A stretch of 64,000 bases of DNA, taken from assembly GCA_044229975.1 (NCBI GenBank), contig JBGARZ010000002.1, forward strand, positions 320,001 through 384,000. Reading direction: 5' to 3'. The notes beneath the pieces were generated by a model. It was not told the origin of the DNA. It made no database searches and saw nothing but the letters and a program-made list of their open reading frames with translations. Below, in pieces: positions 48,514 through 59,217 of the stretch (position 1 is its first letter; each line of letters starts with the position of its first letter). A program made the position numbers and the translations under genes. The stretch is from Polyangiales bacterium (GTDB lineage: Bacteria > Myxococcota_A > Polyangia > Polyangiales > Ga0077539).

Positions 48514-48691
48514 GGTGCGCGCGTACCTGTCCTGTGGGGCTTCGAGAGCGTTGTTGTTGCGGGCGCCGGGCCCGGCGTTCGGGCGCGGAGCATAGAACAG
48601 ACTCGCGCGCCGTTGGACGCCATCCGCCCCGAACGGGCGACGCATGCCCGCCGACGTCTCACAGGACGCGGCGGCGCGACGACCTTCGGTT

Positions 48692-49249
48692 CTACGTGGC
48701 GTCGGGTCCGGCGGGGTTGATGCTGCGCTCGCGCCGGTTGGCGGGCGGCTCTTCGGGAGCGGCTCCCGTCGGCGGCGTGGGCGCGGTTCCGGTCGGCGGG
48801 TTCGCGGGCGCGTTGTCGGGGCGGTTGGCTCCGTCCGACGGGGGCGTGGTCGGAGGCGTCGGACGTCGGATCACGGCGGGCGGCGGCTCGCCAAACTCAG
48901 CCCGCAGCTTGCGACCGAGCCGTGTGAGGATCAGCGACTCGACGTAGGTCGGCATCTGCGGAATCTGCACGATGATGCGCGCACCAGGACGGCCATCGAT
49001 CTCGGTGCGCACCAGCTCCACCGAACCAGGGACCGAGCGCGCGCCCTCGCGGTAGGTGAAGGTGAAGTAGCCGAGGTCCTGATCGCGCTCGTTGATGGTG
49101 AGGCCCATGTCGATGCGGACGAGGCGAACCGCGGCGTTCCAGGTGGTCTCCATGGGGTAGGGCTCGTCGCGGACGGTGCGCGCGGACGCCGTCACCGACG
49201 CCAGGGAGAACACCACCGCCGCGAGGCCGCCGAACCAATGAGCGCGCAT
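48692..49249 (-). CDS. Exported hypothetical protein with Pro-rich tail
   Basis: Signal peptide ending ASA; compact alpha/beta core. Confidence 0.75.
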   Translation of the reverse strand: MRAHWFGGLAAVVFSLASVTASARTVRDEPYPMETTWNAAVRLVRIDMGLTINERDQDLGYFTFTYREGARSVPGSVELVRTEIDGRPGARIIVQIPQMPTYVESLILTRLGRKLRAEFGEPPPAVIRRPTPPTTPPSDGANRPDNAPANPPTGTAPTPPTGAAPEEPPANRRERSINPAGPDAT

Positions 49250-49304
49250 GGCGCCGACCCTGAGGGGAGCAGCGCCCGAAACGCAAGTTACCGGCGGTGC
49301 GAGG

Positions 49305-50402
49305 TCAGCGCGCGGGGGGCGTCGAGCCTTCGGATCCGTCGAGCGCCTTGCGCGGATCGATGTGCGCGTACCAGAGCGAGCCGAGCCCCGCGATGGTCGA
49401 GAAGATGGCCTGACACGCGTACATCAGGAACACATAGACGCTCCCCTTCGAGAGCACCTCGGAATCCGGATAGAACATCCGCAGCGCCAGGTAGATGGAG
49501 TACTGGAACGGCCCGAAGAGCCCCGGGCCCGCGGGCAGCAGGATGCCCATGGCCAGCACGCCCATCACGGCGAAGCCCTGCGCGGGCGTCATGGCGAGGC
49601 CGCAGCCGTAGCCGAGCAGCCACATGCCGAGGGCGTTGACCGTCCAGTAGATGGTCGTCTGCACCATGAACGGGCCCATGAGCTTCGGGTCGGGCAGCGA
49701 GCGTAGACCGTCGGCGAGGTCGCCCACCATGCGCGAGAGGCGTGCGGCGAGTCGCTTGCTCACGAGCCCGACGACGCGCTCGGTGAGCCGCTCGGCCAGG
49801 CGGCGCGCGGCGAGGAAGAAGGCCAGCACCACCAGCGCCGACGAGAACACCGCGACGGTGAGGTACCCGTAGCGGACGACGTGCGCGACGCGGAAGCCGC
49901 CGAAGACCACGCCCTCCAGCGGCAGTCGCGGGACGAACCACAGCGTCGCGGCGAGCAGGAGCGCCACGAAGAGACCATCGAGCACGCGCTCGGCGGCGAT
50001 GGTTCCCATGGCGGCCGAGCCCGAGATGCGCCCTTCGCGGCGGAGCAGCGCGGGGCGCACGACCTCGCCCATGCGCAGCGGCAGCATCATGATCGCGAAG
50101 AAGCCCACCCACGCGTACGCGATGATGCGCGAGGTGGGGACCGTCGCGACGGGCTTGAGCAGGTAACCCCAGCGCCACGCGCGAAACCAGTGCACCACGA
50201 GCAGCGACGCGAAGTACGTCGGCACCGTCCACCAGTGCACGTACTTGAACGCGTCCCGATCGGGCAGCACCGGCACGCCGCCGCGCTGCATGAAGAGCAG
50301 GAACGCGCCTGCCACGAGCAGCGACACGAGCAGCCGCACCTGCCAGCGGCGCTTCTCGGCAGGGGCCTTCGGACTGATCTCGATGGTGTCGCTCACGCTC
50401 AC
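49305..50402 (-). CDS. Lysylphosphatidylglycerol synthase TM / flippase-like (UPF0104) membrane protein
   Basis: [35 protein letters not shown]. Confidence 0.87.
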   Translation of the reverse strand: MSVSDTIEISPKAPAEKRRWQVRLLVSLLVAGAFLLFMQRGGVPVLPDRDAFKYVHWWTVPTYFASLLVVHWFRAWRWGYLLKPVATVPTSRIIAYAWVGFFAIMMLPLRMGEVVRPALLRREGRISGSAAMGTIAAERVLDGLFVALLLAATLWFVPRLPLEGVVFGGFRVAHVVRYGYLTVAVFSSALVVLAFFLAARRLAERLTERVVGLVSKRLAARLSRMVGDLADGLRSLPDPKLMGPFMVQTTIYWTVNALGMWLLGYGCGLAMTPAQGFAVMGVLAMGILLPAGPGLFGPFQYSIYLALRMFYPDSEVLSKGSVYVFLMYACQAIFSTIAGLGSLWYAHIDPRKALDGSEGSTPPAR

Positions 50403-50403
50403 G

Positions 50404-51159
50404 TTACGCCGTCGACGCGGCCCGCGGCGTCGCCCGCCCGGCCGCTGCAAGAACCTTCGCCGGCCCGTCGACCAGCAACCGCTGCACCTCGGCGTCGCCC
50501 CGCGCCGCCCGCACCGCCGCGATGCCCTGCGCCACGATCGCGACGTCCGATGCCTTGTGTGCGTCCGAGCACGCCGCCGTGTACTTGCCCGCCTTGAGGA
50601 TGCGCTCGGCCGCCGCCTGCGCGCGTCGACCGTAGGCGCCGACGAGGGACATCAGGTCGAGCAGCAGCCACACGCCCGCGCCCAACAGCTCTTCGAGCTT
50701 CTCCTCGGACTGTTGCACCGGCACATACCGCTCCGGGTGCGCGAGCACCGGGCGCACTGTCTTGGCCATGCGCCAGAGCTGGAGCTCAACCCGCATCGGG
50801 ATGTTGTCGTAGGGAAACTCCACCAGCGCCGCGCCGCCGCCGGGATACGTGAGCGCCTCGCCCTTGCGCAGCAGGTCTTGCAGCACGTCGTCGAACATGT
50901 GCTCGCCCGCCAGCAGCAGCGTGGGCAACGGCTCGCCCCGCTTTGCCGCCTCGGCCATGACGGCGCTCAGGACTTCGTGCGCGGCCGCGCGGCTCTCGAT
51001 GCGGTTGTCCCACACGCCGCTGCGAACGTGGGGCGTAGCCACCACCGTGCGAAAGCCGATGCCGTAGAGACCCGCGAGGAGCGCGGCGCCGTCCTCCGCG
51101 GTGCGGGCGCCGTCGTCGATGCCTGGGAGGGGATGGCAGTGCAGGTCGATCCAGGCCAT
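50404..51159 (-). CDS. CpsB/CapC/YwqE-family PHP protein-tyrosine phosphatase
   Basis: [31 protein letters not shown]. Confidence 0.92.
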   Translation of the reverse strand: MAWIDLHCHPLPGIDDGARTAEDGAALLAGLYGIGFRTVVATPHVRSGVWDNRIESRAAAHEVLSAVMAEAAKRGEPLPTLLLAGEHMFDDVLQDLLRKGEALTYPGGGAALVEFPYDNIPMRVELQLWRMAKTVRPVLAHPERYVPVQQSEEKLEELLGAGVWLLLDLMSLVGAYGRRAQAAAERILKAGKYTAACSDAHKASDVAIVAQGIAAVRAARGDAEVQRLLVDGPAKVLAAAGRATPRAASTA

Positions 51160-51230
51160 GAACGTGCGGGCCGTGGGGTATCACCCTTCCTGGCATGCGT
51201 CGAGACGATGCCTGCGCGCGCCGCGGACGA

Positions 51231-52487
51231 TCAGCCCGCGCGGTGGGCGCGGGCGAGTGTGACGAGCGCATCGCGGGTGTTGCGTGACGGGTCGTCGATG
51301 ACCTGCTCCAGCAGCCACTTCAAGAGGTCACCGAGCTCGCGCGAGGGGCGCATCGCGAGCTCCGTCATCAGCGAGTTTCCGTCGATGGCAAGGTCGCCCG
51401 TGGTGAGCGCGACACCCTCCGCGAGCGCAGTCTCTACCCTCGCCCGCAACCCGCCGAGCGCCGCCTCGCCGCGCAACGCCGCTGCCACGTCGAGCGTCGG
51501 CCTCGCCGCGTCGCGACCCACTCCCTGCAACCACCGTCGAACGTCGGCGTCGCTCCACTCTCCCGGCGAGCCGTGCGGTTGCGAGCGCAGGAGCAGCAGC
51601 ACCGTCGCGCGCTCGTCGTTGGAGAACTTCGTCGCCTTCAGCCACGCGTCGAGCGTCGCGAGGTCGACCGCGTGCAGCAGCGCCGCGAGCCGCGAGGTCA
51701 CCGGCAAGGGGCACGCGTCCACCGCCGCGAGCGAGCGCGCCCACGACGCATCGTCGCTCGTCGTCGAGAGCACGGGCAGCGTCACACCGAGGATGCCCGT
51801 GCGCGCCATCGCATCAAACGCGCGCGAGGGAGACGGCGCCTTGAGCGCCTTGATCCACTCCTCGCGGACGCGCTCGGCCGACACGCGACGAAACACTTCC
51901 AGGGCTCCGGGGATGGCCGCCTCCGTCGCAGGCTCCAGATCGAAGCCCAGCGCGGCCGTGAAGCGCGCGCCGCGCAGCACCCGCAGCCCGTCCTCGCCGA
52001 AGCGCTTCGCCGGATCGCCGACCGCGCGGAGCAAACCGCGGTGCAGATCGTCGAGGCCGCCGTGCGGGTCTACCAGCTCCTGCGCCACCGGGTCGTACGC
52101 GATGGCGTTGACGGTGAAGTCGCGCCGCGCGAGGTCGTCGGCGATGTCGTCGAGGAAGCGCACCGCATCGGGTCGACGGCCGTCGGTGTAGTCGCCATCG
52201 CCGCGCAGCGTCGTGACCTCGTAGTGCACGCGCTCGCGCACGACGGTGATGGTTCCGTGGTCGATGCCCGTGGGGATGGTGCGCGGGAAGATCTGCATCA
52301 CCCGCTCGGGCCGCGCGCTGGTGCAGATGTCCCAGTCGTTGACCGGGCGGTCGAGGAGGTGGTCGCGCACGCAGCCGCCCACGACCCAGGCGCCGTGACC
52401 ATCGGCCCGGAGCGCCTCGCAGATGGCCTGCGCCGCGGCTGGAATCGCCGCCGGGTCGAAGGTGTCGCGCACGACCCTCCCGCTCAT
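51231..52487 (-). CDS. cca: tRNA nucleotidyltransferase (class II, CCA-adding type)
   Basis: VGGCVRD...[30 protein letters not shown]. Confidence 0.88.
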   Translation of the reverse strand: MSGRVVRDTFDPAAIPAAAQAICEALRADGHGAWVVGGCVRDHLLDRPVNDWDICTSARPERVMQIFPRTIPTGIDHGTITVVRERVHYEVTTLRGDGDYTDGRRPDAVRFLDDIADDLARRDFTVNAIAYDPVAQELVDPHGGLDDLHRGLLRAVGDPAKRFGEDGLRVLRGARFTAALGFDLEPATEAAIPGALEVFRRVSAERVREEWIKALKAPSPSRAFDAMARTGILGVTLPVLSTTSDDASWARSLAAVDACPLPVTSRLAALLHAVDLATLDAWLKATKFSNDERATVLLLLRSQPHGSPGEWSDADVRRWLQGVGRDAARPTLDVAAALRGEAALGGLRARVETALAEGVALTTGDLAIDGNSLMTELAMRPSRELGDLLKWLLEQVIDDPSRNTRDALVTLARAHRAG

Positions 52488-55249
52488 CGCCCGCGCGCTC
52501 CCGGCGAGGGAATGCCGTCGGGCGGCGTCTCGTCGCGCTCGCGCTCTCGGCCGCTCGGAGCGCCGAGTCCGAGCGCGGCGCGGGAGATGGCGGGGTCGGT
52601 GGTTCCGCCGCGGAGGCTGCGGTCGCGACCCGCCACGCTCGTGTCGGCGTGCAGCCGCGCGTAGATCTCGTCCGAGCGCACCCGCATCGCCTCCGCCTCC
52701 GCAAACGCGCTCTCCGGAACCACCCCAGCGGGTGACGTGCTGAGGAAGTCGGCGAAGGTGCGCGCCGTGCGGGCGAGTTCCAGCTCCGCGCCCAGCGCCT
52801 CGAACATGGCGAGCGACTTGCGGAAGAGCGACTCGGCGCGCTTGCCCTCGTCGGACTCCGCGCCGTAGGCCGCGAGCACCTCGGCGAGCGAGCGCTGCGC
52901 GATGCCCACGTGAACCTTCGAGCGCACCTGCTCGAACAGCTCCAGCGATCCCTCCAGCACCCGCCGCGCCGTGACGAGGTCGTTGTTGAGGAAGTGCGCG
53001 AGCCCGAGACCACGTCGCGCCTCGGCGAGCAGCAACCGATCACCCAGCTCCTGACAGATGGCTTCGACCTCCGTGAGGATGCGGAGCGCCTCTTCGACAT
53101 CGCGCATGCGGGTGCGCGCCTCGCCGACGTTGAGCAGCAGCACGGCCTGGCGGCGCCGATCGCCCACCTCACGCGCGAGGTCTAGCGCCTGATGCCAGAT
53201 GGCGACGGCCTCGTGGTCCTCCCCGCGGTCGGCGTGGAGCGTGCCGAGGTTGTTGAGCGTCACCACGAGGCCCGGCAGGTCGTTGGCCTCGCGTCGCAGG
53301 TCGCGTGCCTTCACCAGGGCGTCATACGCAGCCTTGTATTGGCCGCTGTCCTGGAAGACGAGCCCGATGTTGTTCCAGGACAACGCGATGGAGCGCTTGT
53401 CGCCTTGGGCCTCGCGTCGCACGAGGCCGTCCTGGAGGAAGCGCAGCGCCGTCTCGTAGGCGCCACGCAGCCAGTGCGTCTTGCCGATGTCGTCGAAGCT
53501 CGCCGCGATGCCCTTCTCGTCGCCCGCCGCCTCGAAGAGCGCGAGCGCCGTCCCGAGGTGCCGCATGCAGTCATCGAGCCTGCCTGCGTCGCGGTTGATG
53601 CGACCGATGCGGTTGTGCGCCGCGCCACCCTTGGCCTTCAGGTCGAGGCGGTACGCCAGCGCGAGCATCTTCTTGAAGTGCCCGAGCGCCTCTTCGCCGC
53701 GCCCCTGCATCGTGAGCACGTCGCCGAGGTGGTGCTGCGCGTCGAGCCGCAGACCCACGTCGTGCTCGCCCAGCATCGCGAGGCCCAGCTCGTAGTGCTC
53801 GACGGCCTTCTGGTTGGCGTAGCGCTCGCGCGCGAGGTCGGCGCTCTTGAGGTAGCAGCGTGCGGCGCGCAGCGGACGACGCCCGCGCTCGTAGTGACGC
53901 GCCAGCAGGTCGAGCTGTTCCTCGCCGCGGTTGGTGAGACGAAACTCCAGCCACTCGGCGAGCACGAGGTGAAGCTGCTCGGCGTCCTCCGACGGGACGA
54001 GCGCCGCGAGCCGCTCGCGGTCGAGGTCGTGGTTGAAGGAGTACGCCTGGTCGTCGGTGTCCGTCGGGCCCACGACGCGGCTCACGTACCCGCGATCGAC
54101 GAGGCCCTTCAGCGTGTCGCGGTATTGCAGCGCGAGGTCTTCCCCGCCGCCCCACAACGCCGGGGGCTCCTTGCCGGTGCGGCCCAGCACCACGAGGCCG
54201 CCCACCCAGAACACCCGCCCCATCAGCGCCGCCCACTTCAGGAGCTCCAGCTCCGAGGGGGCGAGGGCGGTCACCCGCGACGTGGCCGCGTCCTCCACCG
54301 ACATGGGCAGTGAGATCTGCTCCAGGCGGTCGAGGTCGATGGTCGCGATGCCTTCGTCGTCGACGGCGATCACCCCCTGGTCGAAGTAGATCCGGACGAT
54401 CTGCCGGATGAGCAACGGGTTGCCGCCGCCGAGCTGCACCGCCTTGCGAACGAGTTCCCCAGGCACGTTTTCGATGGTGGAGAGCAGCGCGCGGGCCATG
54501 ACGGTGGACTCGCCGCCGTCGAGGGGCGCGAGGTCGACGCGGCGGTGGCGCCCGGTGGGCGTCGCGCAGAAGTCGTGCGAGAGCGCGAAGAGCGGCGGGC
54601 GCGTGGTGAAGAGCACCGCGATGGGCGCCGCGCGCAGACCCTCGACGAGGCTGCGCAGGAGGCGCACGCCGTCGGCGCCGGCGAGGTGGACGTCCTCGAA
54701 GACGAGCAGCACGGGGCTGCGCTGGGCGTCGACCTCGAAGAGGCGACGGAGCACCGCGCGGGCGACGTGCTCGGAGGCGCGCGGGTCTTCGCGGAAGGCC
54801 TCGGCGAGCAGCGTGGCGCCGAAGCGCATGCCCAGGTACACGCCGAGGAAGTGCAGGATCTCGTCGACGCGACGGTCGCCGAAGAGGTCCATCACCTGGG
54901 CGGCGACCTCGTTGGCCTGGGCGTGCGCGTCGGCGTTTTCGTCGAGGGTGAAGCGCGCGCGGAGAATCGTCGCGATGGCCGCGTGGGCCCCGCGGTCTTC
55001 CCGGGCGGCGCCGCGGTAGACGCGGAGCATGGGCTGGTCGACCGCGAGGTCGTCGACGAGCTCGTCGACGAAGCGGGTCTTGCCCACGCCGGGACTGCCC
55101 ACGAGGGTGACGACCTCGGGGCGGGCTTCCTTGATGGCGCGCTGGATCGCCTCCTGGATGGCGGCCCGCTCGGACAGGCGGCCGATGAAGGGGGGGCGAC
55201 CGATGGGGAGGCCATCGTCGGCGGGGCGCTTGGCAACCTGGTCGTTCAT
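52484..55249 (-). CDS. STAND-like (AAA16) ATPase with C-terminal TPR array
   Basis: FIGR, Walker A GSPGVGKT, Walker B LLVFEDVH, GGNPL, then many TPRs (NRIG, NNIG, NNLG, LNVG). Confidence 0.88.
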   Translation of the reverse strand: MNDQVAKRPADDGLPIGRPPFIGRLSERAAIQEAIQRAIKEARPEVVTLVGSPGVGKTRFVDELVDDLAVDQPMLRVYRGAAREDRGAHAAIATILRARFTLDENADAHAQANEVAAQVMDLFGDRRVDEILHFLGVYLGMRFGATLLAEAFREDPRASEHVARAVLRRLFEVDAQRSPVLLVFEDVHLAGADGVRLLRSLVEGLRAAPIAVLFTTRPPLFALSHDFCATPTGRHRRVDLAPLDGGESTVMARALLSTIENVPGELVRKAVQLGGGNPLLIRQIVRIYFDQGVIAVDDEGIATIDLDRLEQISLPMSVEDAATSRVTALAPSELELLKWAALMGRVFWVGGLVVLGRTGKEPPALWGGGEDLALQYRDTLKGLVDRGYVSRVVGPTDTDDQAYSFNHDLDRERLAALVPSEDAEQLHLVLAEWLEFRLTNRGEEQLDLLARHYERGRRPLRAARCYLKSADLARERYANQKAVEHYELGLAMLGEHDVGLRLDAQHHLGDVLTMQGRGEEALGHFKKMLALAYRLDLKAKGGAAHNRIGRINRDAGRLDDCMRHLGTALALFEAAGDEKGIAASFDDIGKTHWLRGAYETALRFLQDGLVRREAQGDKRSIALSWNNIGLVFQDSGQYKAAYDALVKARDLRREANDLPGLVVTLNNLGTLHADRGEDHEAVAIWHQALDLAREVGDRRRQAVLLLNVGEARTRMRDVEEALRILTEVEAICQELGDRLLLAEARRGLGLAHFLNNDLVTARRVLEGSLELFEQVRSKVHVGIAQRSLAEVLAAYGAESDEGKRAESLFRKSLAMFEALGAELELARTARTFADFLSTSPAGVVPESAFAEAEAMRVRSDEIYARLHADTSVAGRDRSLRGGTTDPAISRAALGLGAPSGRERERDETPPDGIPSPGARGR

Positions 55250-55437
55250 CAGAGGGGTTCCTGGGCGGCGCGGAGCCCTGGCGGTGGGCTCTGGCAGAGA
55301 GGGCGTGCGACGCAGCGCGCCATCCTACTCCGAGGCCGCCCCCGGCGACTCCCACGATTCGACGACGATACCCGCGTCAAGAAGGTTTCGCTGGGAGCGC
55401 GTTGTCCACTAGTCTCCCGCCCGCAGGAAGCACAGCG

Positions 55438-57417
55438 GTGACGACGAGGCTCGCGGGAACACACATCGGACCGTACACGCTGCGTGAGCGCCTCGCGGTC
55501 GGTGGCATGAGCGAGGTGCACCTTGCCTTCGACCGCGACGGTCGGACGGTGGTGCTCAAGCTGCTCGACCCGCGGCACGTCGGAGACCCGACGTGGCGGG
55601 CGCTCCTTCGCAGCGAGGCCGCGCTCGCGACGGCCGCGGCGCACTCCAACGTCGTCGAGGTGATCGAGTGCCGCGAGGACGCCGACGACCCCTACCTCGC
55701 CATGGAGTACGTCGAGGGCGTCGACCTCGCGTTTCTCATCCGCGCGCTCCAACAGACCCAGCGACGGATGGAGGCGCCGCTCGCCTGCCACGCCGTGCGC
55801 GAGCTGCTCGTCGGCCTCGGCCACATCCACCGGCTCGCCGTCGACGGCGGAGGAATGCTCCACCGCGACGTCTCGCCGGGCAACGTGCTGCTGTCCGTCG
55901 ACGGCGCCGTGAAGCTCGCCGACTTCGGCATCGCCACGCCGCCGCGCGCGTCCGTCCCACCCGGTCCCCTGGGGACGCCTGCCGCCGCGGTCGCCGCGCT
56001 GCGCTTGCGTCGCGGCAAGGTGCCGTACATGGCGCCCGAGCAGCTCCTCGGTCTCTCCGTCGACGCGCGAGCCGACCTCTACGCCGCGGGCGTAGTGCTC
56101 GCCGAACTGCTCACCGGGCGGCAGGTGTTCACGACGCCCGCCGACGCGGCGGCGCTGCTCACGGCGCGCGACGATCAGCTCGAAGCGCTGCGTGACGTGC
56201 TCAGCGATCACCCGACGAGCCTGGTGTCGGTGGTGTTTCGCGCGCTGTCCCGATCGCCCGCCGAGCGCTTCCAATCGGCGGCGGAGTTCATCGCGTCGCT
56301 CCAGTCGTACGCGGGCGACCCGACGGAGTCGCGGCCGCTGCTCGCACAGCTGGTGCAGTGGGCGCGCACGGCCGCTCGATCGGCGCAGCCCATGCGGCGC
56401 AGCGGCGACACCGACCAGGCCCCGAGCGCGGCCCTCTCTGCGCGCTCGCCCTACGGCGAGACCATGGAGGTCGAGCGCACCCGCGAGGTGCCGCTGCTCT
56501 TCTTCGAGGTGGTGTCCGAGTCGGGCGAGGCGCGCGGTCGCTTCACCTTCGCGCGGCTCGTCGAGCAGGCAGCCGTCGGCCTCCTCACGGGTCGCGACAT
56601 GCTCGTGTCTCCTGACGGCAGCTCGCAGCGCGCCGAGGCGTGGGCCGACCTCGCGCCGCACCTCGTCGTCCGCTCCGAGACCACCTCCGAGGTCGCCGAG
56701 GCGCAAGCCGACTGGGCCGACGCGATGCCCACGTCCACGTTCCTGCACGCGCTCGCGAAGCTCGTGCTCTCCGACGAATCGGGGATGCTCGTCGCCGAGG
56801 CGACGCCCGCCCGCAAGGAGGTCTACCTCTTCAAGGGGCGCCCCACGCACTACACGAGCAACCTCCCCGGTGAGTCCATCGGCGAGTACCTCGTGCAGCG
56901 CGGCGTGCTCAACCGCGGCGAGCTCGACATGGCCCTCGCCATGATGTCGCGCTTCAACAGCAACCTCTCGTCGGCCCTCGTGCAGCTCGGCCTCGTCGAC
57001 GAGACCCTGCTCGCGCAGCGCACCGATCAGCTCACCCGCGAGCGCTTCACCGAGCTCTTCCGCTGGCGCCGCGGGACGCTCCGCTTCTTCCGCGCGGTGC
57101 TCCCGCCGCCGGGCGCGCTGCCCCTCACGCTGGAGCCCTCCGAGGTGCTGCGCGCGGGCGCCGCGGCGCTCGAAGACCCGGCCGCGCACTTCGCGGCCCT
57201 GGTCGATCGTCGTGTGCGCCTCGCGGGCGGCCCGGTGCCCGCGCGCGTGGCGATGATCCCGCTCAGCGCGGAGCTCATGGCAGGCGCCGAGTCGACGCCG
57301 CCCATCGACCGTCTCATCGCGCGCACCGCGAGCGAGCGGCGTGTGCCCATCGCCGACGCGCTACGCGAGCTGTACTTCCTCCTCGAGGTCGGGGCGCTCG
57401 CGCTGGTCGATCCGTAG
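55438..57417 (+). CDS. Ser/Thr protein kinase with GYF-like and DUF4388-like C-terminal domains
   Basis: GGMSEV, VVLK, HRDVSPGN, DFG, YMAPE; SGML...KEVYLFKGRP...SNLPGESIGEYLV...LFRWRRGTLRF; start uncertain. Confidence 0.85.
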   Translation: MTTRLAGTHIGPYTLRERLAVGGMSEVHLAFDRDGRTVVLKLLDPRHVGDPTWRALLRSEAALATAAAHSNVVEVIECREDADDPYLAMEYVEGVDLAFLIRALQQTQRRMEAPLACHAVRELLVGLGHIHRLAVDGGGMLHRDVSPGNVLLSVDGAVKLADFGIATPPRASVPPGPLGTPAAAVAALRLRRGKVPYMAPEQLLGLSVDARADLYAAGVVLAELLTGRQVFTTPADAAALLTARDDQLEALRDVLSDHPTSLVSVVFRALSRSPAERFQSAAEFIASLQSYAGDPTESRPLLAQLVQWARTAARSAQPMRRSGDTDQAPSAALSARSPYGETMEVERTREVPLLFFEVVSESGEARGRFTFARLVEQAAVGLLTGRDMLVSPDGSSQRAEAWADLAPHLVVRSETTSEVAEAQADWADAMPTSTFLHALAKLVLSDESGMLVAEATPARKEVYLFKGRPTHYTSNLPGESIGEYLVQRGVLNRGELDMALAMMSRFNSNLSSALVQLGLVDETLLAQRTDQLTRERFTELFRWRRGTLRFFRAVLPPPGALPLTLEPSEVLRAGAAALEDPAAHFAALVDRRVRLAGGPVPARVAMIPLSAELMAGAESTPPIDRLIARTASERRVPIADALRELYFLLEVGALALVDP

Positions 57418-57469
57418 CGCTCTCGCGTTGCGGTCCCCCGCGGTTTGCGGGTAGAGGCAGGCTAAGGCC

Positions 57470-58063
57470 GTGCCGGAGAAGTTCAGCTCACGAACCGTGG
57501 CCATCGTCGCGCTCGCCTCGCTGCTCGCGGGCTTCGTGGTGGTGTTCGCCGGCGGCATGATGCTGCTCACGCCCGCCACGCAGACGCCGCCCGCACCGCC
57601 GGCCGTGGCGCCCGCACCGCCGGTCCCCGTTGCCGCACCGCCTTCGGCCGACGCCGGGGGGGCATCACCGCTCTCGGAGACGCTCGAACCCACCGAGGCC
57701 GGAGTCGCCGCGCCCTCGGGGTCGGTGCGCTTTTCGCCGTCGGCCGTGTCGCGCTGCTGGGACGCCAACAACCCCGCGATGCTCCCCGGTGCGTCGTGCG
57801 ATCGGCTGCAGGCCATCGACGATCACTTCGCGAGCAAGGCCGCCGAGATCGCGGGCTGCGCGCGGGGTCATGGTCGCCTGGCGTTCATCATGGACCTGCG
57901 CTTCTCGACGGCCTTCGTGCGCTCGTGGGGCGGCCCGTCGAGCACCATCGGCAACGCGGGGACGGTGGTGGCGTGCGTGCGCCGCGTGACGCAGCCGTTG
58001 CCGCTCGCGACGGCCACGCACGCGCACGATCGCTACCTGATGGTGCTGCCCATCGACTGGTGA
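57470..58063 (+). CDS. Membrane-anchored hypothetical protein with Pro-rich linker and 4-Cys domain
   Basis: TM, PPAPPAVAPAPP linker, C-terminal domain with four Cys. Confidence 0.72.
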   Translation: MPEKFSSRTVAIVALASLLAGFVVVFAGGMMLLTPATQTPPAPPAVAPAPPVPVAAPPSADAGGASPLSETLEPTEAGVAAPSGSVRFSPSAVSRCWDANNPAMLPGASCDRLQAIDDHFASKAAEIAGCARGHGRLAFIMDLRFSTAFVRSWGGPSSTIGNAGTVVACVRRVTQPLPLATATHAHDRYLMVLPIDW

Positions 58064-58070
58064 GCGCTCG

Positions 58071-59147
58071 TCAGGAGAGCCGGTCGGCGAAGGCCCGCAT
58101 GAACGACGTGAGCGCCGTGACGTCTTCGAGATCGACGGCGTTGTAGAGGGACGCGCGGACGCCGCCGACGGCGCGGTGGCCCTTCAGTCCAACGAGCCCC
58201 TCGCGGGTGGCTTCCTTCACGAAGCGATCGTCGAGGTCGGTCGACGGGAGGTAGAAGACGACGTTCATGCGCGAGCGCGAGCCGGGCTCGACGGGGCAGC
58301 GGTAGACGTCGGGGCGAGCGTCGATGGCGGCGTAGAGAGCGCGGGCCTTCGCCTCGTTGCGCTTCTCGATGGCGTCGACGCCGCCGAGGGACTTCACCCA
58401 GCGCAAGACGTTGCGCATGAGGTAGACCGCGAAGGTCGGGGGCGTGTGATAGAGCCCGTCGTGCTCCGCGTGGGTCGCGAAGCGAAACACCGTCGGGATG
58501 TCGGTGCGCGCGGTCTCCAGAAACGCCTTCTGGATGACGAACACCGTGAGCCCGGAGGGCCCGAGGTTCTTCTGCGCGCCGGCGTAGATGAGGGCGAAGC
58601 GCGCGGCGTCGATGCGCCGCGACAGGATGTCCGAGGACATGTCCGCCACGAGCGGAACGCCCACCTTGGGGAAGTGCTCGTACTGCGTCCCTTCGAGGGT
58701 GTTGTTGCTGGTGATGTGCAGGTACGAGCTGCCCGGCCGCACCGCATGCGCCGCGCCCGAGGGGACGTGGTCGTAGCGCCGCGACATCGACAACACGTCG
58801 GCGGCGTCGCCGATGGTGCGCGCCTCGGCCAGCGCCTTCTCGCCCCAGGAGCCGCTCACGGCGTAGTCCGCCGCGCCGCGGAGGAAGTTCATCGGAACCG
58901 TCGCGAACGCTCCGCTCGCTCCACCTTGCAGCATCAGCACGACGCTCGACTCGGGGATGCCCATGAGCTCGCGCAGCAGCGCCTTGGCCTCGTGGTGCAC
59001 GCGCTCGTACGCGGCCCCGCGGTGGCTGTGCTCCATGATCGACATCCCGGTGCCTTCGAAATCGAGCAGCTCGTCCCTGGCCTGCTCCAGCACGACGCGC
59101 GGGAGAGCCGACGGACCAGCGTTGAAATTGATCACCCGGTCGCTCAT
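58071..59147 (-). CDS. serC: Phosphoserine aminotransferase
   Basis: NFNAGPS, EHSHR, QGGA, DMSS, AGAQKNLGPSG, GHRAVGGVRASLYNA. Confidence 0.97.
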   Translation of the reverse strand: MSDRVINFNAGPSALPRVVLEQARDELLDFEGTGMSIMEHSHRGAAYERVHHEAKALLRELMGIPESSVVLMLQGGASGAFATVPMNFLRGAADYAVSGSWGEKALAEARTIGDAADVLSMSRRYDHVPSGAAHAVRPGSSYLHITSNNTLEGTQYEHFPKVGVPLVADMSSDILSRRIDAARFALIYAGAQKNLGPSGLTVFVIQKAFLETARTDIPTVFRFATHAEHDGLYHTPPTFAVYLMRNVLRWVKSLGGVDAIEKRNEAKARALYAAIDARPDVYRCPVEPGSRSRMNVVFYLPSTDLDDRFVKEATREGLVGLKGHRAVGGVRASLYNAVDLEDVTALTSFMRAFADRLS

Positions 59148-59217
59148 GGGCGCGGAAGCTAGCGCCCGTCGCGTCCGCTCACCAGCATTCGTATGTCGCT
59201 GGTAGGTTGTGCGCCCA

